Shown in pieces: positions 37,865 to 55,100 of a DNA stretch of 64,000 nt (its first letter is position 1; the number at the start of each line of letters is the position of its first letter). Under the pieces are notes generated by a model. The model saw only the letters and a program-made list of their open reading frames with translations, was not told the origin of the DNA and searched no databases. This stretch comes from Adineta vaga (Eukaryota; Animalia; Rotifera). Location: assembly GCA_021613535.1 (NCBI GenBank), contig CP075497.1, positions 10,416,001 through 10,480,000 on the forward strand, written 5' to 3'. Made by a program: the position numbers and the translations under genes.

Positions 37865-38515
37865 TTAAATACTACGATTTTGTAAACGCCAATTTTCTTC
37901 CATCTTACGTTCTCGATTTCCCCATCCAAAACTGGAACCATTTGAACGAAGATTATTATGAGATAAATTCATCTTTCGAGTATTGTTATTCATATTTGTC
38001 TGTAATGCTTGTTGAATTGGAAGAATATTTCTTGTTGCTGTCGAAGTATTAGTGAATGATGATGGAGTTAATGCAGATAACATAGCTGAAATCTTCTGTG
38101 ACGAAACATTCTAGTATAAAAAGCATTTTAGAAATATCTTACGAGTGAGAATTATAAATGAGCTGTCTAATCGTTATCGAGAAATTTCTATTCAATCTTT
38201 ATAACTACTTTTGATAATACACACAATGTGATTTATCTCTATTTTGCATAAGTCTTTCGGTATGATTTGATTCAATTACGTACTATTGAAGGCATCAAAA
38301 GTGGGTGCAATATTTGTTGTTGTTTCTTCGTATTTGTTGTATTAACAGAATTTTCATCGATTGTTTTCTCTTGGATACCATTGTGGTTTTGTATCTGAAC
38401 TAAGCTTATAGATTGTTATCAGTTTATTCGATGAATTACTCACTAAATTTCGTTGTAAATTAGCCAAAAGTAAAACTTTCGCTGTTAATTCAGGATTTAA
38501 TGATTGAAAAGTCAT
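37865..38515 (-). CDS. Hypothetical low-complexity protein; 3 exons
   Basis: MTFQSLNPELTAKVLLLANLQRNL|IQNHNGIQEK...PLLMPSI|NVSSQKISAMLSAL...GWGNRERKMEENWRLQNRSI*, joined by phase-0 GT-AG introns. No family recognised. Confidence 0.5.
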
Positions 38516-38854
38516 ACTTCGTTTTATTGATAAATAAACAGATTGTATATATATTCTTTTTTTTTGTCGTTAAGAATGCAAAACAGACACACTAACAAGA
38601 CGACAATTGATGAAAGATAGATGATTTTTCACTAAGGAAAAATACGTTCGAAAGAATTCGTTTGCGCTTATTTATTCTCTTTTCACTTGACAACATTGAT
38701 ATAAATAAAGTTAAAATTTCCATATATTTCTTTTTAAAATAGGTTCAAATAACAACGGAGTGAGAAAAAAACAACATGGAAGAAACAAGTAGATAAACTA
38801 GATTAACTAAAGAGAAGTAAAAGAGAGAGTGAGAGAAATGGTAGACTATTGTGA

Positions 38855-41023
<2,169 letters not shown>

Positions 41024-41877
41024 TGTTTATGCAATGAATGAGAAAAGATTCTATATCTATCTAAAAGACAAAGAGTAAATGTATCGATGTAGAACAACGG
41101 ATTGTCTTATTTATGTTGAGAAAAATCATGTTGAAAATCAAGTCAATGAGTGTATTGAATCGATAAATCCATTCGTTTCGTTATTCATTTGTTCTATTAT
41201 ATTCTATGTGAAGATGTGCATTTGTTTTGTAACAAATACCGCGTGTAGAAGAACGATTCGTCTATCAACGAAGATATTTATGTGGCCCTCCATTGAATAT
41301 TACAGCTGTTTAAACGAGTAAGAAAATGGTTGACAATTCAAGTGAAACAATCGACATATTTCAATTATACTTGTAGAGTAAAAATTTATTTTAACATATA
41401 TAAAACTGTCATTTTCCTAAGAAACATCAGCAATGTCGTTTGTAAACTATTCTATGATAGATGGTGCTAATATCTATGTATTAAAATTCTTTTGAACTCT
41501 AATGTTTGTCATAGAGAACGAGTCGATTATTTAGAATCAATTTCATAGTGTCGATTTGTAAATGTAAGATATGTTAGATTTTATTCTACAAAAAACATTC
41601 AAAGCTCCATGATATGAGTAAAGAAACCATTGTATACATATTACATACATTGATACTAATCGCATGTATCTTTTGGTACGGAAAGAAAATCTCATATAAT
41701 CATCAATGTTCTTCTGTTTCCAAGAATAACATATCCAGAGCACGTTATCTTAATGTACGATTGGTGCGTTGACTATTGTTGATGTATATCCGACATCGCT
41801 AATAAATATAAACTTACAATAGTCAAAAAAATATCATTCAATCAAAACGATAGTTTAGTTTACAAATATAAGATACA

Positions 41878-42182
41878 ATGTTTTCTTTACGAATCTTCCG
41901 ATTAATTATGGTTACTATCATTCTTGGTGGTTTGATCGGTAAATCTAAACAATTGTAAAGGAATGTATATCTTTATTGATATTTTTAGTTTTGATTTCAA
42001 ATCATTTCAATTATAGAGTTCCTGTTGATAACATGGTTGGAAAAAAAATAGTTCCAGAAAAGAAACAACATAATCAAACAAGAATACGTAATTCTGTCAA
42101 TGATTTGAGCAATGGTGTTATTGGAACTAATTCTGCAGAAAAGGAAAATGTTGAAATGATCGTCAATATTAAAGCAAAATAA
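41878..42182 (+). CDS. Possible small two-exon secreted or anchored peptide; intron 41939-41988
   Basis: Hydrophobic first exon MFSLRIFRLIMVTIILGGLI, a 50-nt GT-AG intron in phase with ORF 41976-42182, and a TATA-like sequence about 70 nt upstream. No homology recognised. Confidence 0.3.
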
Positions 42183-43986
42183 TAATTTATATGATTGCAT
42201 GATCTGTTTTGTTTGATTACATATGTACAAATGTGATGTGATGGAAATGAAATTTGTTTTAAAAAAAATATAAGAAAAATACATTATATTCATTTTTTTG
42301 ACTTATCCTTTCAATAATTTAACTAATAGATTATATGATTTCTAGGTAAAGTTAATAAATATATTCAAAATTCTGATTGACTATAACTTCATGACTAGAA
42401 ATGAGAAGAATTCTTCTTAATCGTTTGTATGATCAATCTTTTCTTTTTGTAGCAAATAATTGTTTTATTCAAAACCAACTCGATTTTCATAACGAACAAA
42501 ATTACAATGCCAATGTCAGGACAAAGGTACACTGACGTAGAGAGCTATGATTTTGACGCCCATTAGTTTTTATGTCTCTTGGCTATTATTTATAACGGCT
42601 GGTTGACATTCAAAATTTGATTCTAATCCATTTATTCTCATGCTATAGTCTATTGTTAGTCAATGAATAATAGTGTCTATATTAATGAAACTCTTATCGT
42701 CATGAAATACAATAGAATTGGCAGTAAGAATAAAACAAAGATCAAACTAATATTAATAAATTGTTTCATGCTGTTTAGTAGAATTACTTTGAGAGTTCAT
42801 ATACTAAATGGCAGTATGCCAAAACTTTCATTCTGAATATATTGATATATATTCGAATTTGATTTCTGGAGAAATCTTTCTTTGATTTATTCTTATTCTG
42901 TATGTTAATATGACGTTTTCTTGCACTGATATTTATAATTTCATTAGGGTTTTTTAATTATTTAGGATGAAAGTCTCTAAAGATTCTCACCTGAGATTTA
43001 TTAACAAAAGATATATCTATATTTAACAATTTTAATAAAAAGAAATTTTTCTCGATCAATTAGTTACAAAATCATACTTTTTTCTCACCTCTAGTCTTAT
43101 TTTATAGAAGAATTTTGAATGAATTCCTTACACTAGTTCATAAATAGAAACTAATTGTCTATTTTAGTAGATACATTCATGACATTTTATACCCATGAAA
43201 TGACATCAGAATTCTTTTTTTTTGATTTATATACAAAAAATGAAATGAAGAGAAACAAACGAAAGATTATTTATTTTGGTGATAAACTTATTTTGTTCAC
43301 ATGGGCTGAGTGTCATTGATCAGACATACATTGAAAACAAAAACAAAAGAGGAAACGAATTGACCAAAGAAAGGAAAAAGATCACCTAGTGGTTGAATTT
43401 TTCATCATCACTGTGTAGGTGTGCCGCTTTCTTCTGAATATACATGTACAAAAGAAAAATTGAATCGAAGGAAAACGACAAGAACCGAAAAATAACATCA
43501 TCATTGTTGTGCAACACCGAAGCAAAAAAAGAAGAAGAAGAAGAAGAAGAACAAAAATCAAATAATTTCAAAAAAAAGGTAAAAGAACAACAGTCAACAT
43601 ACAAGAACATACACCGGGATTCACACATTAAAGTACATTGGAGAAGAAAACAAAGTGAGAAGAATGAAATATATATATATATGTATAAGAGAAGAGATAG
43701 TACGTGTGTGTGTGTATGTAAAGATAGATATAATCATTCATTATTTAATAGTTAAGTAGGATGGTGCGCGAAGAAGAGTTCCTGTCGGCGAATGACAAAA
43801 GAAAAAGAAGACTGAATAGATGAGTAGGAAGGAGCGTCATACGCCCATCAAATCGACAGGAGTTCTTCTGATCTTCGTTTAGTTAGTAAAAATAGATTCT
43901 TGTTGTTTGACAGTTTGTTTCGTTGTGTTTGAGCAAACGTTCTGAGAAAGAAAAGATGATTACATTCAAAGTAATTCATTTTTCTA

Positions 43987-45641
<1,655 letters not shown>

Positions 45642-48055
45642 TTAAAACAATATTTCATAGATCAATCTAAATATGTCATATAGGAACATAAAATTATTAG
45701 ATATTTTCTAAGTAAAGAAAAAGAAAATGAGTTCTGTTACTTCGAAGATGAGAACCAAAGACTTCTTCCTTTGATCGTCAGCTTACTAATATGCATATAC
45801 AAGAGAAATCCACATTCTTTTTTACTTTCTTTAAACTCAGCGAACGAAGGAAAGAAAAAAAATTCATCAATACATGCAACCTGTGAATCTCGAGACTAAA
45901 GCTAAAGCAGAAGAGACAAACATTTAGTTGTTCTCGTAATGGATTTATATATTAAATATCATTCCTGTGTAGTCTGTTTTAACTTTGCCGTCTATAGGCT
46001 CTTTTTTAGCTAAAAGTACCTGCAACTAAAAAATGTTCGCATTATACCGAAACAGGTCGCAAGGTACATCAAACGACAAATAATTATGCTAGAGACATAT
46101 TAATCACATGAAATTTTTTCGATAAAACTAGCCATAAAATGACGTGGGTTTCAAATAATCTAATATGTAAATAACTAATGTAAATTATTATATTTACCTG
46201 AAAAAACGGAAATATATTTTGTCTTGATATTTTTCTCTCAATCGATGATGATAATATAAAAATAATAGTGACAGATAAACGGTACAGCTCGTTTATTTTG
46301 CCTCACTAGCACACGACGATGATGAGTTTGTGGACGCGTATTTGTATGTATAATATATATACTTGTATGCGCGTGTGTGTATCCGTGCTTATGCGCTTGT
46401 CCTGAGATATTTCTTTTTATATGCTTTGAAATAGAGAGTCGAGGACGCAGCCGTGGCAGCACAAGGGAGATCAAGTCGGTCGCGACTTTTTTTTTGATAT
46501 ATATATATATTTTTCGAAAAAAGAAAAACGAGAAACGGCTTGTTGCTGATGCTGAAGAAACGCCGGCGACTGCTGTTGTTGCTTTCGTTCTTTCAATGCA
46601 TTACTACGATGCCCAGATTCTTTCTCGTTTCAACCCCTATTCTCTCGTTCTTCTTCCATCGACTCGGCTTCCTTTTCTTTTCTTTCTTTCTTCTTTCTCT
46701 CTTTTTTCTTTTCCTTTCTCTCTTTCTCCTTGAGTAATGTCTAATTTACGTGTATTGTGTATCTGACATTGGTTTGTGATGATGCTAGTAGACAACAAAA
46801 TCCATTGAAACAAACTACTGTGGATAGAGTTCAGTAGATTTTCTATGAATGTTTTTTGTCTCTGAACAGAATAGATACACGTGTCCTAGTTTCTTCTTAT
46901 ATACTCAATTCTTCAATAAGTACTCTAAAATCATTCGAAGATAATCCATATAATAAAGCAGAAACACCAAATACAACGACAACAACAATAACAACAACAA
47001 CAATAATATACAGAAAAAAGAACGCAAGAAGAAAAGAAAAACAACATCATCATCGTTCTCCATCTCTAGCTAAGATTTTCTCTCTATTTTCTTTTCTAAA
47101 ATCTGGCACGCGTACGTGCATACGCTTAAGTCAAAGATATGAGCAGAACTCATTTTTATGCTCCATACTTCCCTATCGATGATTATGCTGATGCTTTCCT
47201 ACATTCATGTATATAAGTAGCTTTTTTTAATGAGAAGAATGAATGTAAAGAGCATTAGAATACAAGTAGAACAGGTGGAAAAAGCAAAAAAAGAAGAAGA
47301 AGAAGAAGAAGAAGACGTGTTTCACCTTGATGACGATGTGACAAAAGATTATTCAGAAAGGAAAGATTGAAGGTTGATGCTTGAGGACAGATATAAAAGG
47401 AGAAAAAAAAACTAAATGCGAAGAGAAAAAAGCCGAATGTATGGTGTATGTCTATATTTCCCACGACCCGACAAATGACATAGTCTGGATAATCATTCGT
47501 GTAGGAGGAACATGAAATATTCGCATAGAAGCAAAAAAACCTGTTCGTTCCAATTGAGACATTCTATTAGTTGATTGAAGTGTGAATATATAAACGTTCA
47601 AGATCAAATGCTTGAAAAAAGTAAACAAAAAGCATCATGTACATAATGTACTATCAACTCATAATTGTATTTTAACCTCTTTTCAAAATTTTCTTTCTTT
47701 TTTCTATATGAAAATTTAATGGAATAAAATCTTCGATGCTATTTTTAACATAAAATTTATTTACGTACTCTTTAAAAAGATTTTTTTTCGAACAAATGAA
47801 AAAAGGAAAGAATGTTTAAAAAAAAGGAGAACAGAAAAAAACACACACACACACGCATACACAGACGAAGGAAAATAGAGATTCGAGAAGTAGAACTTAT
47901 CAATTGATATAACAGAAGACAGAAAACGAAAGCAAATGTAACAAGATAGTGCAATGATATTCAACAGGAATGTTAAAATCAGTACAAGCAATTGCTAATT
48001 AGTTCAAATGATTAAAATTCATTGATGACTAGGTCAGATGATTCACAGATCTTGT

Positions 48056-50916
48056 CTAAACACCACCACCACTTCGTTCAGGCGGAGCATTGCTTTTTAT
48101 TTTACCAATACGAGCAGCTTTAACAAAATGACTGGTCGAAACGGCACCAGTATTTAATGCACTCATTAACTAAATCAAAGAAAAGAAATTATATGAAAAT
48201 CTATTTTCGAAATAGTTTGTTCGTTCGTACTTGTAGAAATTCTTCTGTTTCAATTATTCCATTTTGATTTTGATCAACTTCACGCATTAAAATTCGAAGT
48301 TCTTCTTCGGATATATCACTTGTTGAAACCTATTTAACAAAAGATTAGTTGTGTTCAATCAACTTGATAAAGATTTATGAATAATTAAACGATAAAATTA
48401 CTCACCTGTAAATGTCGTTTTAAATCACTAAGTGTAAGAAAACCTTTATTGCCAACATCAATTTGTCGAAAATGTTTCATATAATAGCCCATTTCTTCAC
48501 GAGTAAAGTTAATTGGGACATTTCGACGCATATCACGTTTCAAATTAAGACCCATTTCACGAAGAAGAAATGTTTTCGCACGATCAGTTTCTTCCTATTT
48601 TCAAAAAAAAGAAAGAAAAATGAATTCGAATATTACTAAATAAAATCAAGTTTCTTTTTTTCTGCTCTAACTTTTTGTTTTTGTTCGTTCCATTTTAATT
48701 CTTTTGCCATGATTTCTATAATGCATGGAAGAGCTTCTTCAGCTGCAAGAACATTCAGAAATGAAAGACGTGTACGACGCGCAAGAACATCTACAGCTGT
48801 ACGAGCATATTCTTTAACTGCGTAGTTTACTTCAGCTTCAATATAAGGAAACTCTTCATGTAAACGTTTACCAACAACGGGCCAACGTTTGCCTGTTAAT
48901 GATGATAAATCAGCTACTTTATTTGCTTCATCACCATACGTATTTGAAAGATGAACAGCAACCTAATTCATTCAAATGAAATTAATGCATAGAAACACAA
49001 AACGAATGTTGAAAAAGAATTACCTCAGTTTCGATACCATAATCTTGAACAAGACGTATGTAAGATGTTGGCGTCCATGTTTCTCCACCAGTTAATATTA
49101 AACCTTTTGTAACACAACCATTTTTTGGTTCAAGATTTGCCGATTTTATACAACGATCTACTGTTTCTTCGGCCATCTGTCGATAGGTAGTCCATTTTCC
49201 TCCTAAGAAAAATATTCGATTGATTTCTTGCTGAGATTTTTTTCTTTTTTCAATGATTGTTTTACCTCCAATTGTCACAAGTCCTGTATCACTAACATGA
49301 ATAATATGATTTCGTGCAAGTGATTGAGTATCTTTCTTATTAGGATTTAGGACAAGTGGTCGAATACCAGACCATGCTGCAAGAACATCTCCACGGCGTA
49401 CTTGAACATCCGATGAGAGATAATTTTTCACTTCACCCAATATAAAATCAACATCTGCAGTTGAAGGTGATGGATAGTCAGTGACTTCACAAGGTGTATC
49501 CGTTGTACCTTTCGAAAAGAAAACACAATTTAAGTAACAAAATATAGAATTTCTATACCAGCCATCGTATGTTTTTGCCAGGGTAGAAAAAAGATAACAC
49601 GTCCATCAGATGTATTTGGATCGAGTAGACCCATATTATTGGGACTATAATAATCTGGTAAAACAACATGAACACCAGATGATGGTTGACAAATTTTTGA
49701 TGCTGTTTGATCATCCATTTGTCGTATTGCATCTGTATATGGTCCCGTTGCATTGACAACACATTTAGCTCGTATAGTAAATTCTTTATCTAAATTCATT
49801 TTATTGTATCAATATATTTTCTTTCTATTTTCTTTTTGTTTTTTACATACTTCGATAACGATCTAAACATTTTACACCACGAATAATTTTCTTTGTCTCT
49901 GATTTTCCTTCACCTTTATCCACCTGAATAGTTTCATGAATAAAATCTGTTACAGCACAATGATTCGCAACATTTGCACCCATTCGTGCTGCAGTAAACG
50001 CCAGGGCAATATTCATTCGTGCATCATTATGTTGTCCATCATAATAGACAATAGCACCAACAAGTTTATCTTTTTTTAACATTGGAAATAATTCCAATGC
50101 TTTCGTTTTTGATATTAAATATGACCATCGTAATAGTTGTCGACCTGATACCATATCATATGCTTTAATACCCGCATAGAAATACGGTAAAAGATACCAT
50201 CTAAATAATCAATCAAATCAATTTGATTAAATATCTTTTTCTTCGTTACTTATAAACAGGCAACATGATTGGCAATGGATAAGATAAATGTGGTGCAATT
50301 TTAAGAAGATTACCACGTTCAGATAAAGCTTCTTTTACCATATGATACTAGTAGATAAAAAAAAACTATAAATTTTATTCATTTTTGCAAAAAATCTGAT
50401 TGAAATACTTGTTCGCGATCAAATTGCATTATTGCTTTTTGTAAATATCGAACGCCACCATGAATTAATTTCGTCGATCTTGATGATGTACCACTACTAA
50501 AATCATATTTTTCTACTAGAGCAACTTTTAGACCTATTGAAAGAAATAGCAAATCAAACAATTTCATCTATTGAAGTAAAATAATTTACCGCGACTTGCT
50601 GCATCAACAGCGATTCCACAACCAGTAGCACCACCACCAACAACAACAATATCATATTCAGACCCTTTCGCCATTAAATCTATTTGAGCTTCTCGTGATG
50701 GATAGTCATCTAACCATACTGAAGGTCGATGTAATGCAGGTTCCGCCGCTTTCAATTTGTTTTTCTAAATATAGGAAAGAAAAGTTCAAAATCAGATATT
50801 TGATGAATATTCCAGTTTACTTCGATGAGATATTGACCAAAGAAACCAGTACCAATTGCTGATGTACATAGCAAAAGGCCATGTCGGATAAAACGACGAC
50901 TAAAACTACGCGGCAT
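48056..50916 (-). CDS. GPD2: Mitochondrial FAD-dependent glycerol-3-phosphate dehydrogenase with C-terminal EF-hands
   Basis: [72 protein letters not shown]-hand [11 protein letters not shown], ends PERSGGGV*. Confidence 0.96.
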
Positions 50917-51743
50917 ATCTGCAACAAAAAATAATCAGTAAAATTTCGCTGTACAAAAGTTCTATGAAATGAAACCACAATCATTCATAAAAGTACTCAG
51001 CGTCAATGTGTGCGAAATATACGGCGAGTAGAACGCAGACAGTCAACGCGTGTATAATTTATAATGATTCATGATTGGCTCATTACGATCGTTAATATGA
51101 TAGATGTCAGAAGAATCATTCCTGTAATCAAAATACACTATACATATGCATGCCATAGGTGAAATCAATAGCCATTATATTTTATTTATAACATTTGTCG
51201 AAAAGAGAACAAACTTCAATGCTTGTTGTACCGAAAAAAACTTTCTCGGTATCTCTCGATAGTTACTTTGGTACCTTAAAGAATATATTCTATACAAAAT
51301 CGACTGTTCTTTACTTTTTTTTTATTTCGATCATAAATCTATACGTAACACATTCATATATGAGAATGATGCAATGTTAGAAAATGAAAAGAAGCATAGA
51401 CAAATATATCTTTGTTAATCTCTCTCTCTCTCTCTCTATGTAAATATTTTTAAAATGCTAATTGCTTTTCATATTTAAATTAGTCTAATACTTCGAAATT
51501 TAATAACCAATGCAGCGAAAAGAACTATAATACTTTATTACGCCGAAAGGCAAAAGAAAAGATTGATGCAAAAATTCTGTTCAACAGATAAAAACACGAA
51601 ATAAGAATCAGAAATGATATATCATATTCAAACAATAAATTACATATTCGTATAAAAGAAAAATATGAATATGAATTCTTGATAAAATAACACAAAGATT
51701 TCGTTTTCGTTCATTAGAATTTCTATTATTTGATTCCTTGAAA

Positions 51744-53785
51744 TCAATTGATTGAATAAAGCACCATTGAAATGAAGATCGAACCAACAAATATTTCCCA
51801 GGATATTTCAAATATTAATCCATCATTATCTATTAAATTTGTTTCCTTTGAATGGATATTTTCAGATGGACATTTATTCTTCCAAAACTGTACAGTAGAA
51901 GGAATAATTAATTTCTTCATTTGACTTTGATTAACTTTTAAATGCATGACTGATGCTGTTGATATATTTCCAATGGGTAACCATGGATCTTGAAATGTTG
52001 AACTTATTGGTTGACCTATTTTAATAAAATTTGACCATTGTTCTATTAATTGTTTACTAAATTTTTTTTCTTCTTCAGTATATGGTTGTATTGGATTGAG
52101 ATTAAGACTTTGATTTAATCCATATCGAACATATTCAATTAATGGAAATGAATTTAAAGTTGAATTTGGTTCATCATATAATAAAGGTGTACCCCATGTA
52201 TATTCAAGTTCAGCAAAATGTCCCACTAAATCTCGTTTATGTAAATAATCATTACATGGTGTGGGATGTTCTTGAGCAGTTCGATGAGAATATTGATAAA
52301 GATATGTTCGATTTGAATATTTTAAATGTTGTTCAACAAAACGATAATAATCATTATTAAATAAAATATCAGTAATAAGACGAGAATAATTGTAGAATGC
52401 AGCACAATAACAATCGATTGATTGAGAACAATTGACAGGAATTTTATCAATATGATATCTAAGAATAGAAAATGAATAGTTGTGAGATCAGTATTAATTT
52501 AATATAACTTACAATTCTAAAGCTTTTTGATGTAAACAAGTTTTATCTGGTTGCATTGTTGATAGAAATTTTAAAGTTATTTCAGTAAAATTTACATTAT
52601 CAAGTGTAATTGTTTCTGGATTTGATTGTTCCATAATAATAGGTACAATTGCTACATAAACACCTATAATTTATATGAAAAGAAGATAACTTCAATATTT
52701 CTATTCACGGTTCACTTACCTTCATCATCTGTCGCTCCCATTAATATATCAAGATCTGCTAAAGTATCGTTTTGTTGAAATTCTTCTCGAAATTCACTCA
52801 TAAAATGTCCTGCAGTAACAACATTTGTATGATTAGCACTCGTATATGAATGATGTTCATATTCAGCTATTAATTCAAAATCTCGTTCTTCTAAACATTT
52901 CAATCTTTCATCAAATGTTCGCCACATTCCACAACCATTATCCAAAGCAACTGTATCAAATTTTTCCATGGCATCACGTGCTTTTAAATGTGACCAAATA
53001 TTAAATGGACTACCACTTTGTAATAATAATCGACGTATTCGACCTTGATTTAGTGGTGATTTTGCTAAATAATAAGCATGAGGAGCACCAGCTGAATGAC
53101 CACCAACAGTAATACGATGAATATCACCACCTAATGCCTGTCCATTTTTATAGATCCAATCTAAAACCAAGGCTTGATCATAGAGACCAAGATTTCCTTC
53201 TAAACGACCATCACCTGATGAGAGAAAACCAAAAAGATTTAAGCGAAAATTAAATGTTATAACAATAATATCGCCTAGAGCAGCAAGAATCGTTCCATCA
53301 AAAACATTTCCTGTACCAATTTGACCTGAACCACCATGAATCCACATAAATATTGCTTTCTTTCTTTGAATATTATCATCGGTTGTCATCGGAATAAAAA
53401 CATTTAAAAACAAGCAATGCTCAGCTGGATATGATTTAACAGAAAAAATACCATAACTAATTGAACAAGTTGGCATTGAAAGATTGACTCCTATATTGCC
53501 TGGACATGAACCAAATGTTGGTTTACAAAAGGGTCCTGGTGAAGTTGCTTGGATAATTTGATCATTTTCTTTTAGAATAGGTGTAGCTCGATCAAATCGC
53601 TTATGAATCCGTCCATATTCAATTCCAAGATATTGTTGAATGATTCTTTTCCCATAATTAACAGTTCGACCGACATAGATACCCGATGATGTGTTCAATA
53701 ATTGAACAGCAAATGTTGAATCGAATATCGATGATAAGAATAAAATAATAATTAGAAGAGAGTATATAAATATCTTCCAAGACAT
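51744..53785 (-). CDS. Type-B carboxylesterase / cholinesterase-fold protein (neuroligin-like N-half); 3 exons
   Basis: Signal peptide, EHCLFLNVF, WIHGGS, GNLGLYDQ, GHSAG (Ser), TDDEG (Glu), GHFAEL (His), hydrophobic C-terminus. Confidence 0.9.
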
Positions 53786-54737
53786 AAACAGCTGTAGTAC
53801 ATTTGGTGATGTCCAATAGTAATGGACTCGATTTTTTTTGGAGAGAAAAAAAGGAGAAATAGATGAAGAAGAGAAAAACAGATAGAAAGAGAGAAAAATA
53901 GAAAAACACTATGAATATACAAAAGTGCCTTCGAGAGAATTGAAATAATCAGCGTGGGCTTTCTTCTTCTTCTTCTTTTTCTTCTCTTACTTTTGATCTC
54001 GTTTCGTTAATGTTAATGTAAGACAATTTTGGATACAAATGACTGATATAAACATTAGGAAAGCTTATCATTGAGGTTGTCGTTTCTCTAACTCAATTGT
54101 TAGTGGAGATATCAGTTAAACACAAAACAGAGAATCATTTTGTATGTTGTCAACAGATGTGATCTCTCGTCACTAATCACGGTACAGAAGGAAGAAAAGA
54201 AAAAAGATTCAATTACATAATCTAACAAGTCCTCGTCGTCGTCATCATCATCATTGTCTAATTGACATAAGTATCTGTTGTTTGGGGGTAGTGTCGACGA
54301 GAGTATCTTCAGTCTATCATCTTCATTGTCAAAATTTTTATCTTGATAAGCGATAAACCTACACGATTTGATTAGAAAAACGTTTCAATCCTAAATAGAT
54401 TTATCCATCTATCAACATTCAACTGTCATAACCGTATGAATCTTGTTATTATTATTAAATCTACAATATGTTATTTCTGTCAATCTTTATTTATCAAACA
54501 TTGATCAAGTATGACATTTTCAAGACAAGAAAAGAAAAAAAGAATATAAGAACTAAGATATGCATCAATGAATACAAAGAGATGAAGAAAAGAAAAGAGA
54601 AGAAAAGAAAATAATCGATCATCTTTTGTTTTCCTTCATCCAGTCTCAATAATATTAATAAGAAGAATCTTGAAATCAGATTGTTTTCTCGATTGATTTA
54701 TAAGAGATAATAAATTCTAGTTTATTTTGTTGATGAT

Positions 54738-55100
54738 TTAGGATTTTTCGAAGAATCGAAAAAATCGAATCAATAAGCCGATGGAAACAATTATAAAACA
54801 AAGAAATAAAAATTTAATTAAGTATCCCAAATAATGATTTTGTATATGATTATTATCATCATCTATGTCTGTCAATGAAAGACTTCGATCAATAGCTTTG
54901 CGGAAGTTAACATGAGCTAAACTATGTCGACGATTGGTAATCGATTGACTTATAAAGAAGAAAAACAAATCAATATAAAAGTCATGTCATATCTTGCTCT
55001 TAACATACGTATCTCCTTGTTCATTCGAAATATGACCATGAATTGTACCAGATTGTCGTTGTGGATATCGGCTATTTCCATTTTTATCACTTGAAGTCAT
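54738..55100 (-). CDS. Small tail-anchored membrane protein, unknown; 2 exons
   Basis: MTSSDKNGNSRYPQRQSGTIHGHISNEQGD|TQSITNRRHSLAHV...YLIKFLFLCFIIVSIGLLIRFFRFFEKS*, joined by a phase-consistent short intron. Confidence 0.6.

Noticed and set aside
41024-41350. ERSE/UPRE elements upstream of BiP
   Set aside because: Only an imperfect TCAAT-N6-CCACA is present; it does not match CCAAT-N9-CCACG or ATTGG-N-CCACG.
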